Origin: Diplonema japonicum
Taxonomy: Eukaryota > Protista > Euglenozoa: Diplonemea
Length of the DNA stretch: 64,000 nucleotides
Direction: 5' to 3'
Assembly: GCA_964019335.1 (NCBI GenBank)
Contig: OZ025713.1
Location: 186,001 to 250,000, forward strand
Shown: piece by piece, positions 10,430 to 21,400 of the stretch
How positions within the stretch are numbered: the first letter of the stretch is position 1
Layout of the letters: every line of letters starts with the position of its first letter
The notes under the pieces: generated by a model
Told to the model about the DNA's origin: nothing
The model's input: only the letters and a program-made list of their open reading frames with translations
The model's database searches: none
Program-made: the position numbers and the translations under genes

Positions 10430-13318
10430 TCACACAACACCGCCTTGCATCACGCTGATCAGAGACGAAAGCCCGGGACACACATCTTCCAAGGTGATGA
10501 GTTCTTCGGGGAGAAGGAAGTCGGCGACAAGCCTCCAGGGCTCCTCAGGAAGCGAACCAGGGAGAGGCCCATGCGGCGTAATCGTCACATCGGCACCACC
10601 ACCCGATTCAGGAGGGTGAGATATAACAGTGACAACACCAGACCACCCTTTCGACACAAGTGCGGTGACAAGGTCAGGGCCGGGACAATATGGGACGGGA
10701 AGAGGCCTTCCCCATAAAGGTGCCTGTGGAGTGAACCCCACCACACCTATACGGATACCGGTGTACCTTTCTGTCTTTGAAAGACCCTTCGCCACCAAGT
10801 ACCTTTCCAACTTCGCGACCACAGTTTCTGAGACCTTCTCGTGAAGAGGAACGTGCACATCGCTTGCCCAGCTTCCCTTCCACGAAGCGTCGATTATAAT
10901 ACGGGTTTTCTGTCTGGAGAAGTTGTCCCCTTCGATCCATGCACAGGGCAGCGGTCTGAATAATACCCCTGGAGGTGGCTCCATATATGTCGGCGGACCC
11001 TCCAGTCCAGTAGGGGTCTTCTTGAGGTGAGATTTGGCGGAACGGATACAGTCGTGGATGTTCACCTCCAACAGCGAGTTTTTCCAAATTTGCGTGGCGT
11101 CTGTAACCTCAATACACGTTAGCAGTTCGGTCCGTTTCGATGCCAAAAAGGAAAGCGCAAGGGCGTAGATCAAATCCCGCTTCCCCAGTAGAATGGCGTC
11201 CCATATTAGAAAGATTTTCTCAAGCGGAAGATCGTGCGCGAAGTGGGTACGGAGACGGGACAGGAAAACATCGTCTGGAAGCTCCAAGCTCGACAACTTC
11301 TTCCAGATTTCAGCATCGTGGAGGGCGAAGTGGCTGTATAGTTTAGGCCTTAACATATCGTAACCGGACGAAGGATCGCATCCTAGATACGCGTAACCAT
11401 TCAGCAGATTTGTGTAGCATTGGTACGCGCCTGGTTCGTCCTCCGATAACGTTGCGATAAATGGAGCAGCGAGGGAGGCCATGCCTTGTATGTACCGCCC
11501 TACACCTATGTCGCCTCCGTTGATGACCCAAGTTTTTAGTATTCTTGAAAGACGTTTTCTTCCTGCAGGGCTGCCTAGGTTGCGGTTGTACTGGTGACAT
11601 CTCGGAACGTCTTTTGCAACTTGATCGTCATCTGCCGTTGTGATCGACGTGTCCACCGCCCAGTACTGTTTTTCAACAGATGCTTCTGTTGAGACCCCGA
11701 GGGCAGCTTTCCATATCCCTCCGCGGAGCAACGCCGGGACACCATCCCTTGCCGCAAGGCCGATTACCTCCGCACGGGTGTCTGGGTACTGTATCAACAG
11801 ATCCCGTAATTCTTCCACGAGGCCGTCTCGAAGTGCTTCGTTGCCTTTCAGAAGCGTTTCGCGAAGCGATGCTTTGGATTTTCGGTGTCCGTCTTTCTCC
11901 ATCGCCTTTACAGGGTAGTTTGAAAACCCGCCGACATCCTCCAGCGAATCTGTTCGTTCCGGTGCGAGGGTGTGCGTTGCAGCTGCAAACCACTTCAACG
12001 GGAGTAAATGGTACGAGTTTTCCCTCCAAACCCCTGTAGGCCCTGCATGGTACGAACCCTTCGATTTACTGTACCCGGAGGGGCATCTGAACAGCAAGGG
12101 AACGGTTGTTCTTGGAGCCGCTGCGTTCATGCCCTTGTCTCGAAGTAGTGTTAGAGCGTTCTCCTCCGCGGTCTTCCCGATCTTTGTGTAGAGGTTGAGG
12201 CTTGATTCGATTAAATGTGAATCGGAGACTATTCTTGCGGTGGCTTTGGTCATCGCGTCTCTTTTAGTGTTGAGAAGGTTTGCTTTTATCGCTTCCAGTG
12301 CTGTTAAAACCCTCCCTAAGTCCGTGTCGGCATTGCGATAGGTCACGCTGAGCATTCCCTCGGCGATGTGGGGGGTACGGTGGGTTTTGATCTTCTCCGG
12401 TGCTGATCGGATGCATTGCAGCCAGCTGTTTGTTTTCGTGTTATCGGTACCAAGCTCGCCCTCGAACTCCTCGCGCATTACCATAGCGGTGGTCCGATTT
12501 GCCGGGTTGACGTGAACGAGACGAAGGATTGTTTTAAGAGCAGTCTCGCCGGCTGTCTTCCTTCGCAGCTTTTCCAGACAGTCGTGAAAATTCTTGCCCG
12601 CCGACCCGCTCTGCCCATCACCGTGCGCGAACATTGTGAAATCCACGATAATTTCCTCGGCGTCAGCGACAGTATGCTGACGGAAAAAATCAATCCCCGA
12701 CGATCTCCATGGGTTCACAGGCGCTGTTAAAAGCTCGAGAAACCCAACTCCAACAGACCATGAATCAGCTGCCTCACCACCGATTCCCCAAGTGCTTATT
12801 CTTCGTTGAATTTCAGGAGCGACATAAGGGTCTGGTTGGCGTTCAAAAGACGGGTTGGTGTCGATGTACTCCGTCAGCTTGCCCAGGAGAAAATCTGATA
12901 TTTTCGGGACGCCTTGAGAGTCTATGACAATTCTCCCGGGGTGGAGCGTTCCCACAACGACTTCGTGTTTGTGAAGGTGCGCCAAGCCAGATACCACCCC
13001 TCGGAGCATGGTCAAGGCATTATCGGCTGATACGCCCTTCTTTAAGGAGTACAGCTTGTCTAGTTGGACCGCCATGGTGTAGTCGCTGGATACGGAGACG
13101 AGCCTGAGGTTGTTGGGGGAGACCTGTACGTGGCCCAGCACCTCGGCCAGGTTCGGGTGGACTACCTTCTCCTTCAAATCGTCTATGAGGTTCTGTAGTG
13201 AGATGTCCACGCCTTCCCCTATGGCCCGCTTCAGGGTGAACAGACACCTTGAGTGGCAGGATACCATTTTGGGGAGAGTTGTTGGGTCATCTAGACGGAC
13301 GGCTACCTTCTTGCTCAT
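10430..13318 (-). CDS. TBCK: TBC domain-containing kinase-like protein (pseudokinase plus Rab-GAP TBC domain; possible degenerate rhodanese-like tail), 962 aa
   Basis: Kinase fold without HRD/DFG (GTLHPGRI, SDFLL). TBC motifs GVPALLRGGIW, VAKDVPRCHQY (R finger) and YIQGMASLAAPF (Q finger). Confidence 0.85.
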   Translation of the reverse strand: MSKKVAVRLDDPTTLPKMVSCHSRCLFTLKRAIGEGVDISLQNLIDDLKEKVVHPNLAEVLGHVQVSPNNLRLVSVSSDYTMAVQLDKLYSLKKGVSADNALTMLRGVVSGLAHLHKHEVVVGTLHPGRIVIDSQGVPKISDFLLGKLTEYIDTNPSFERQPDPYVAPEIQRRISTWGIGGEAADSWSVGVGFLELLTAPVNPWRSSGIDFFRQHTVADAEEIIVDFTMFAHGDGQSGSAGKNFHDCLEKLRRKTAGETALKTILRLVHVNPANRTTAMVMREEFEGELGTDNTKTNSWLQCIRSAPEKIKTHRTPHIAEGMLSVTYRNADTDLGRVLTALEAIKANLLNTKRDAMTKATARIVSDSHLIESSLNLYTKIGKTAEENALTLLRDKGMNAAAPRTTVPLLFRCPSGYSKSKGSYHAGPTGVWRENSYHLLPLKWFAAATHTLAPERTDSLEDVGGFSNYPVKAMEKDGHRKSKASLRETLLKGNEALRDGLVEELRDLLIQYPDTRAEVIGLAARDGVPALLRGGIWKAALGVSTEASVEKQYWAVDTSITTADDDQVAKDVPRCHQYNRNLGSPAGRKRLSRILKTWVINGGDIGVGRYIQGMASLAAPFIATLSEDEPGAYQCYTNLLNGYAYLGCDPSSGYDMLRPKLYSHFALHDAEIWKKLSSLELPDDVFLSRLRTHFAHDLPLEKIFLIWDAILLGKRDLIYALALSFLASKRTELLTCIEVTDATQIWKNSLLEVNIHDCIRSAKSHLKKTPTGLEGPPTYMEPPPGVLFRPLPCAWIEGDNFSRQKTRIIIDASWKGSWASDVHVPLHEKVSETVVAKLERYLVAKGLSKTERYTGIRIGVVGFTPQAPLWGRPLPVPYCPGPDLVTALVSKGWSGVVTVISHPPESGGGADVTITPHGPLPGSLPEEPWRLVADFLLPEELITLEDVCPGLSSLISVMQGGVV

Positions 13319-13347
13319 GGGTTGTGTGTTGTGTGGTTAGGCTGTGT

Positions 13348-13378
<31 letters not shown>

Positions 13379-13502
13379 GTGTTGGAGATACATATATATA
13401 TATCGGTTTGGGGGAAACAAGGAGGGAAACGTGAAATAGTTTTGAGAAGAGGGAAAAAAAAAAAAAAAAAAAAAAAAAAAGAAGAAGAAAGAAAAGAGTT
13501 GG

Positions 13503-13542
<40 letters not shown>

Positions 13543-14259
13543 TACTAGCCCGGTTGATACCTGGCAGGGAAAGGTATTAACCCGTGCCATTACTCCTTTT
13601 TTTCTTTTTTTCTTTTTTTCTTTTTTTTTTTAGCAGAGATTTCTTTTTTCTTTTTGTAATAGGTAGGTAGGTAGGTAAAAAAACGTAGTAAAAAGAGTTA
13701 GCGGGTCGAAGTATTTCTAAAAAAAAAAAAAAAAAAGGAAAAGAAAAAAAAAAAAATAAGGCCTCGAAAAGGTAGATTTCATACGCTGCTCTATGTTCTC
13801 CCCAGCACATCATTGGTGCGTGCGAGATCATCAAGATAGTGTATCTACAGCAGATCGAGGGGAAAGCTTTCGTGCAGAACTACAGAACGCAGCGACATTT
13901 GTTTTCTTTTTCCTTTTCTTTTTTTTTTTTTTGTATTTGATTCCGGCCTCCTTTTCTTTTTCCCCCCTGTTCGTTTGGTGTAAATAACAAATCAAAGATC
14001 GCTGTGCACAGCACATAAGATGTTTTTCTTTTTTCTTTTCTTTTTTTTTTTTCATTCTTTCTTTTCTTTTGTTCCCTTTAGAATGGGGTAAAACAGGAAA
14101 AATTGCGTGTAAATATGGGTATTTCCGTTTTTTTTTTTCTTTTTCTTCGTTTCTTTTTTTTTTTTTTTTCTTTTCTTTTTTTCCCTTTTTTCTTTAAAAA
14201 GGGGGAAAAAAAAAAGAAAATCGCACGGTTTTTGTGGGAGAGAAATAGAAAGGAAGGGG

Positions 14260-14297
<38 letters not shown>

Positions 14298-14329
14298 AAA
14301 CCACAAATTTCTGGTCTTAATGAAAAGAC

Positions 14330-14363
<34 letters not shown>

Positions 14364-14452
14364 GGCGGCTAAAAAAAACTGAGAATTCTTTTTTGATAAG
14401 GGGCGCAAAATTTCTGCTTCATCATAAAAGGAAATGTCAGAAAAACACCAAC

Positions 14453-17400
14453 TCAAGGAGCAACAAATGTTACTTCCTCGATGTCTGCCTGGTTGCTGTC
14501 CCCGTCGCACCAGGTAGAAAACGACCCTTTGTCCGTTTTCAACGCAGCCCACTCTGCGCTACTGAGCTGCAACCTCACAGAGGAAATGAACCAACCATCC
14601 CCACCCGTCGAGGCAAAGTTCACCGACACAAACTCATCAGGAGCAACACCCGGCACATCCAGATACACAACCCCCTTCAACACCGAGGGAACAACATCAA
14701 ACACAGTAGTCCCACCAGACAGCATCACTAAAGTGACGTGAAACGTGTTTTTCGAATTGTGGTATTTATCACCACCGGTTTGAACTCTAACGTGTAATGA
14801 TGACATGGGAACGGGGTAGAAATTAACAGATTTTTGTGAAGATTTTCCATCACCGTCGACCCATGACGAAGCCGACCCGCCCGACGTCACTGTGGGCAAC
14901 AATGAACCGATGGCAGATTGAACCTCAACCTTGGATATTTCCCAGCCGTCAGAACCTCCGTGCATCACCCTTACGTAATACACACTATCAGGTCCAAAGG
15001 GCGCATGCTGCACTGTTAAACTGTTTATACCGAAACGCGGAGCGGACACTGATCCGGCATGGATTTTATCCCCTGACCCGGATACGATTTCAATGGCGAA
15101 GTTAGAGTTCGAATCAGAGAAACCCTGCTCGCCCGTCGTAAAAAACACCGTTATGGTATCGCTAGAAACCTGTCCGACCGGCGGTTTGATTACAACCTCC
15201 TGGACGGTATTGTCAACCGTGAACTCAACGCTGCCGGTTTCTGTTTCGAAAACAACATTTCCGACAGTGCACTTCGACAAGGTTAAACTATCATAACCTC
15301 CCATTGAAACGCCCTGCGTTGAGATTTTCACAGACATGACCTCAGCTTCTGATATCAAAGCGGTCTTCGAGGAGAAGGTGAACGTTCCGGTACTGCTCGA
15401 CACAAAGTGCCCGACAAGGTGTTCCTCTCCGACAAGCGATGTCACGCTGATATCGAATATTCCTTGGGAAGGGTCGGTTGTGGTGCATGTCATGTCGAAT
15501 CTGTTAGATGGCCGGCGGAGTCCTTTGAAAACTTCGCCCCTGTCGACTTTCATCCACATTGATGTGGATCCTGTCTCTTCGTCAATGAGGTATGAAGATT
15601 GATCGATTGCAAGGCTGTTCAGATACCACCCATCTGTGGATGAACTGCCGAGGATACTAACGAAATCAACAGCAGATGTCGGGTACCACGCGGTGTCAAT
15701 GTTTACCGTGAAGGAATTTCTGTCGCCCGGTGTGAACACAGCTGCGTTCGGCTGAACCTGTCCATTGAAATAACCAAGCTCAACGGTGAACGACGCTTCT
15801 GATCCGTGGTACGATGTTCTCATATCCGTGGTGAGCTTCAGCTGTACGTTATTTCTCGGGATCGGCGTGAAGGACAACACCTTTGGAACAGATGTTCCTC
15901 CGTCCAGACCGATCCACGACGATCCGAGGAACCCCAAAGACGGGACAACCCATTGCGACAATACGTTGTTCGATCCCATTACCTCCACAGACTGTATCAT
16001 CCATGCATCCGCTGTACCGGTTACATCGATACGAAGAAGGTCGTTAACTGTGTGTTCTGTTGATGGGAAGGTTATGAAAGAGCTTCCACCGGAAACCCTG
16101 CCTCCTGAGAATGTGTCGGACACGCTGTCGCCGTTGGAAAACCACAGGGTGACGTGGGTGTCGACTTCTGTCTTTGCCATTGGGTCAGTTCCGGTTGTGA
16201 ACTTAACCTGGATACCGCTGTCCGTCGTGTTGGCCGAGACACAGTTCCAGTCCAGCGTGAACCCGTACTCCGGTTGAACACCGTCGCTTTCCATTCTGAT
16301 GAGGGCGTTGCCGTCGATAGCAGGGTACACGGGAGGGATGAATCCTGTAGCGTGCTTGTTGTTTGTGAAGAGCCAGTCGTAGTTGGATTCGAACGAGAAG
16401 CGTGTGTATGATAATGTGAGCTGCCCGGCGCATTTTATTCTCCAGCATTTCAGGTCGTTTGTCTTGTAAGGCGCTCCGACTGTCTCCGGGAAGTTGATGG
16501 TTCCTTGCAGCGCACCATGCTGCGCCTCGAACACACCAAAACAGTTCTCCGTGGTCGCCGCTTCATCGGGGTACACAGGCGTGAACGCAATACTCGGAAG
16601 CCGTGCCATGAGATCCGGTGATCCGGTTCCAGTTTGCCCAGCGAACACTGAGGTAGTCCCGGATGCCAACACCCAGTTTTTAAGGTCGGCGGGTGTCATA
16701 GAAACCCCGCTTGTCGAGAGTTTAACCGCGAGGATCCCTGCCACATGAGGCGCTGCCATTGAGGTACCGTTTCGAACAGCAACGTCGGTCGACGACGATA
16801 TCCCTGCACCTGGTATAAACACCCCAGGAGCCATGATATCAACACAAGAACCGTAGTTGGATACGGGTAAACGGAAGTCCCCGTTGACATCTAGACCAGA
16901 CGCGCCGACAGTGATCGCTGTAGAGACGGAAGCAGGACTGTACCCGCATGCATCGTCAGCTCGGTTCCCAGATGCGGTAACGACGTGGAAGCCCGACGTG
17001 ATGGCTTCTGCAACGGCGCTGTTCAACGATGCTGAGTAAGTTGTTCCAAGGGACATGTTGATGACAGTTTTTGAAGGGACGGAGTTCGTGTTATTGGTGA
17101 TCCATTCAAGGCCTTGTATCACGTCGGAGATGGACCCTAGCCCGTCCCTGTTCAACACTTTGACAGACACGATCTTAGCGGACTTAGCCACGCCGAACCG
17201 TGTCCCTGCTATTATCGATGCAACATGCGTGCCGTGTCCACTATTATCGAGATTTGTTTCGGTGGTGACTAAGTTGAGGCCGTGGGTGCATCGGTTGATC
17301 AAATCTGAGTGGTCGCACTTGACACCGCTGTCGACTACGTGAACGGTAATGTCGGGGTTGCTGCCCCATGAGGGGTCGTGGTGGTAGTTTTTGTGGAGCG

Positions 17401-17737
17401 TTGGGGTGTTCTGTTGGATTCTACGGAGGCCCCACGCCGCGTCGTGTTGCGGTGCGATGCTTGCCGCGAGAACGGTTTTCTCGTCCTCCTCGACTCTTTC
17501 CACCACGTTCCCGAACAGGTCCAGAATCGTCGCCTTCTCTACGCTAGTTAGTGTTGCCTTTACGTACTTTACGTTCCTGACCCGGATGGTTCTGCCTTTC
17601 GACGCGTAGGCGACCTGTTGGTGAAGATCCTGCCCCACACCCTTCCTCAGCATCATCAGGTAGTCCTTCGTTGCCGTTGGTGTTGTTGTCCCTGAAATGG
17701 ATACGATCAGGCAGGCTAGTATTAATCTCTCATACAT
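14453..17737 (-). CDS. Secreted subtilisin-like serine protease (S8A, proteinase K type) with I9 propeptide, CUB domain and five PLAT/LH2-like repeats (1094 aa)
   Basis: Signal peptide; catalytic triad VVDSG, HGTHVAS, GTSMAAPHVAG; CUB-like CWRIKC...FSFESNYDWL...GFTLDW; repeated TTG...DGWxxxxV units. Confidence 0.92.
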   Translation of the reverse strand: MYERLILACLIVSISGTTTPTATKDYLMMLRKGVGQDLHQQVAYASKGRTIRVRNVKYVKATLTSVEKATILDLFGNVVERVEEDEKTVLAASIAPQHDAAWGLRRIQQNTPTLHKNYHHDPSWGSNPDITVHVVDSGVKCDHSDLINRCTHGLNLVTTETNLDNSGHGTHVASIIAGTRFGVAKSAKIVSVKVLNRDGLGSISDVIQGLEWITNNTNSVPSKTVINMSLGTTYSASLNSAVAEAITSGFHVVTASGNRADDACGYSPASVSTAITVGASGLDVNGDFRLPVSNYGSCVDIMAPGVFIPGAGISSSTDVAVRNGTSMAAPHVAGILAVKLSTSGVSMTPADLKNWVLASGTTSVFAGQTGTGSPDLMARLPSIAFTPVYPDEAATTENCFGVFEAQHGALQGTINFPETVGAPYKTNDLKCWRIKCAGQLTLSYTRFSFESNYDWLFTNNKHATGFIPPVYPAIDGNALIRMESDGVQPEYGFTLDWNCVSANTTDSGIQVKFTTGTDPMAKTEVDTHVTLWFSNGDSVSDTFSGGRVSGGSSFITFPSTEHTVNDLLRIDVTGTADAWMIQSVEVMGSNNVLSQWVVPSLGFLGSSWIGLDGGTSVPKVLSFTPIPRNNVQLKLTTDMRTSYHGSEASFTVELGYFNGQVQPNAAVFTPGDRNSFTVNIDTAWYPTSAVDFVSILGSSSTDGWYLNSLAIDQSSYLIDEETGSTSMWMKVDRGEVFKGLRRPSNRFDMTCTTTDPSQGIFDISVTSLVGEEHLVGHFVSSSTGTFTFSSKTALISEAEVMSVKISTQGVSMGGYDSLTLSKCTVGNVVFETETGSVEFTVDNTVQEVVIKPPVGQVSSDTITVFFTTGEQGFSDSNSNFAIEIVSGSGDKIHAGSVSAPRFGINSLTVQHAPFGPDSVYYVRVMHGGSDGWEISKVEVQSAIGSLLPTVTSGGSASSWVDGDGKSSQKSVNFYPVPMSSLHVRVQTGGDKYHNSKNTFHVTLVMLSGGTTVFDVVPSVLKGVVYLDVPGVAPDEFVSVNFASTGGDGWFISSVRLQLSSAEWAALKTDKGSFSTWCDGDSNQADIEEVTFVAP

Positions 17738-18497
17738 TTTTTTTTTTTTTTTTTTTTTTTTTGGTTTACCTTTTTTTTTTCTTTCTTTTTTTTTTTTCCG
17801 GATAGCAAGATGAAAATATATAATTTTGAAAAAATCTTTCTTAAAAAAGTCTTTTGGAATTAATCCTGAAGTTCAGGGAAGAAGGGGGAAGAATGAGAGA
17901 GAAACAGAATAAGTAAATGAGAAGGGGGAAGAAGTGTTCAACTCGACGACATCTTCTTCTCCCCCTCACTCTTTTCCTTTTTTTTTTCTTTTTAAATTTG
18001 GGCAAACAAACTCTAAATAGAACAGTGGGTGGAAAAGAGGACCTGGCCGCTGCTTGCACGTACCAGGAGATACTAAAAGAAGAGAATGTAAAAAAAAAAT
18101 ATTCAAAAAGTACTTTGTTTGTGCACACAGTACAAATCCTGAGATAAGTACTGCATGTCACTACTCATTTTTGTTCTTACAAGAAAACTGAGCAATACTT
18201 GTCAAAATACAAAAAAAGAAAAAAGACAGAAAGAAAGAAAGAAAGAAAGAAAGTGGGTTATGTATCTTTGCCCAACCACTTGCACGCCTTTCATAAAAGG
18301 TTGGGCCAACAAAGAAAACATCCAAAACAAAAGAATATTTGATCTTTTTCTTTCCGAAAAGAAAAAGAAAGTGTAAATGAAAAGAGTAGGGGGGGGGAAG
18401 GGAGGAGAGAAAAAAAAAAAGAAAATACGGTATTCTCGAACTTAAAAATAAAGGGGGGGAGGAAGGAGAAGAAACAATCCCGTTTGTTAAAACAGTT

Positions 18498-21400
18498 TCA
18501 TTCCTTCTCAAGGTTTTCCGGTTCATCGTTATTAATGCGACCAGATAGTGGGAAGTCAGCTCGGTGTTTGTCAGCGCCATCGTCGTCAGTACCGTTCTCG
18601 AAATTGTCTAAGGTCCGTCGCTGAGCGCCAGTGGTCCCACCGTTGTTGTCATCGTTGGGTATAACTTCACCGTAAGAAACCTGCCAGTGGTCAAGCATTT
18701 CATCCTCATCGAAAGCTTTTTTCTTAATGACAGCCTTGCGGGGCTTACCGGAACGAAGATCGAGGACAATGGAGAAACGATTTTGCCTCGGATCGCGGGA
18801 TTCGTAATAGTCGTTCCAGTACCCAACGAGACAGGACTGTGTCAGCCCTACAGATGGCGTCCCCACTCCGCGCAACGCTTCACGTTGCAGTTTAGCGTAG
18901 CGGAGCCATTTTGTCCGCATTCTCTCGTTTAGAGTTTGCATCCACTGCTCCTGGTTTGTCATGAAGATCGACGGCTTCGCTTGTTTCCACTGCATGTTCA
19001 CGTACTTCGACACCTCGTCACACGTAACATCTCCAGAATTATCCTCATCAACCCTCGCGAAGATCTCCTCCTTCAACTGCTCCCCAATGTACCTTGCAAA
19101 GACAACATACACCACCATGTTGCACAGGAAAATGATCAAGGTTACGGCGAACCTCGCGCTGGACGACAGCTCTTCGAGGTACAATATGCCGATGTTCAAG
19201 GTTACCGTGATGCTGATTAGCGACAGGTTTTCGAGCCGCCACAGAATCGAGTATTTGAACGGTTTTAAAAAGATGTTTAGCAGCGCGAACACCGACATCA
19301 GCCACATGGCGCAGTACAGTTGATACCGTGCCTCTTGCGACATGAACACAACGATGAAGACCAAAAGCATCTTTCTGATCATGATGATCATCTCCCAGTA
19401 GTAACGCTTCTCACGGAACCCGGAGTACAAAAACCCGAGCGTCGACATCACTTCTTTCGATCGCAACGCGCCGCGCACCTTCCGAAGCTGGAGGTACCCG
19501 AAGAACGGCAGTCCAAACCCATACGTGATGAACAGCAGGAATGCCATGAACTGAAAAGTCGGATACGGCGACTCCGAGCAGTCCACCGCAGGGTCCTCGT
19601 CCAGAAACTTATGACACTTTCCCTCTTCAACGCATATTTCTTCGGTGCAGTTGAGCATCAAAGCGATCTCCTTCATCAGTGACGGGTAGATCAAGAAGAT
19701 GATCACAATGACCGACACCGTGTAGATATCGGTCAGTTTCAATGTTAGTTCGTAACCGGCCTCTACCAATGGGGACGCCTTTGGCTGTGGTTTCACCCGT
19801 TGGTGGTGGGAACGTTCGCCGAAGTGGTGCATCGATCGATCGCAAAGCTCGCAGTAGTGCGCGTTGCACAGCGGGCACATCCACACCGCGAAGTCGGAGT
19901 GGCAGAGGTCGCAATTCTCAATGACCTCCATTTTTCTGTCTAACTCGGCGACTCTTGCGAGCTTTTGCTCGTTCCGGTTGAACTCTTGTTCCAGCAGAAC
20001 CGCGGTGTCTTGGATGTCCTCTTCCCTGAGCTGAATCGTTCCGCGGCGTTCGTTCCCTGTCAGGCTCTCCCTTGCTCTTTTAGCAGTCTGGGGGTCGTTC
20101 TTGGCAGCGTCGGCGTAGCTGCCGTGATCCGTCAACCTCCGTTGTATCTCCGCCTCCGGGAACCCTCTGTCGACCCACCCTTGGATTTTATCGCCCATTC
20201 TGCGCAGCCTCGCAGCGGCGTAAATTTGCGGGTAGCTCACCATCTTCGAAAGCTCCAGGATGCTGAACACGGGGTGTCCTTTACCGTCGACCGGCACTTC
20301 AAGGAGCGAGTTCGCTGTGCGGATAGCAGCTGCTTCTTCTAACCATTGAAACTCGGCTTGGATGTACCACGACGGGACGGCTATCCTGGCGGTGTCGTCT
20401 CCCGCATGGCGTGCGACGGAGATCGTCGGGCGCAACCCGGTTATCCCCGATTTCGGTGTTCTTGGTGGTGTGATGGGATCTTCGGACGAGAAATACTCCG
20501 CGGTATTCCCTGTTACCGGGTCGGTTCGTAGGTACTTGAACACGGAGTCCTGTCCCGGTGTGCTCACCTTCTCGGCCTTCAACGAGTCCTCGATGACGGG
20601 CGTTGCAACGGCGAGGCAGTCGTTTTCGGAGTGTTCCTTGAAGTAATGATCCGCGTTGTTGGAGAACTTCTTCAGTTTAATCGCGGCCTTCCCCTTTGCG
20701 AACTCGCAGGAACCGTCGAAGTAAACGCTTGTGGTGGCCTCGCCGTCGTCGCCGCTCGGGAATGGCAGCATCGGGTGCTGCACCACCGGGTAGGGTGGAA
20801 GCGTGGACGTCGCGTACTTCCGTTTCTGAACGTCTCGTTCCCGTTGTTCTCTGTTCCCTGATTCGGAGATAGGGAAGAGCTCCGATACAACCTTCTCCAG
20901 AAACACCTTATTTCTCTTGGATTGGTTCACGCATTTCTTCTCGAAAGACGTGACTAAGTCATACCGTGCAAGCACGGAAATGAGCAGTTCCCCTCTGAAC
21001 AAGTGTTGCAGGACGGCTCTGTTCACCATATGCGACTCTATCTCGCAGGAGTACCATGTTCCCTTGAGAAACTCGATCATCTGATCGTCTGTTCCAAGCC
21101 TCCCCACTCCCGGGTTCGGGAACAATCGTTCAAGAACGCAGCAACGTTTGCACAACCAGCATCCGTGCGTTCCGGCGGTGATGTCGACCTCCCACAGAAT
21201 CTCCCCGTCCGACGGAGAGGTTATCACCCCATTCGAGCTGAAGGAAAGCCCTTGTATCTTCGTGGGTTGATATGTCTCCGAGGCGTGGGGGTACGCCGTC
21301 AACGCGGAAAGGCCGGTTGTACTGGGAATCTTCTTCGGGTCGATCTTCTTGCTGACCTCAAGGTTTAGTTTCAAGAGCTTTTTTTCAGAAGGATGCAGAC

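Noticed and set aside
17738-17770. GTAAACC-poly(A) as an intron donor before the subtilase
   Set aside because: No upstream coding exon was found, and the ATG at 17737 already gives a good signal peptide.
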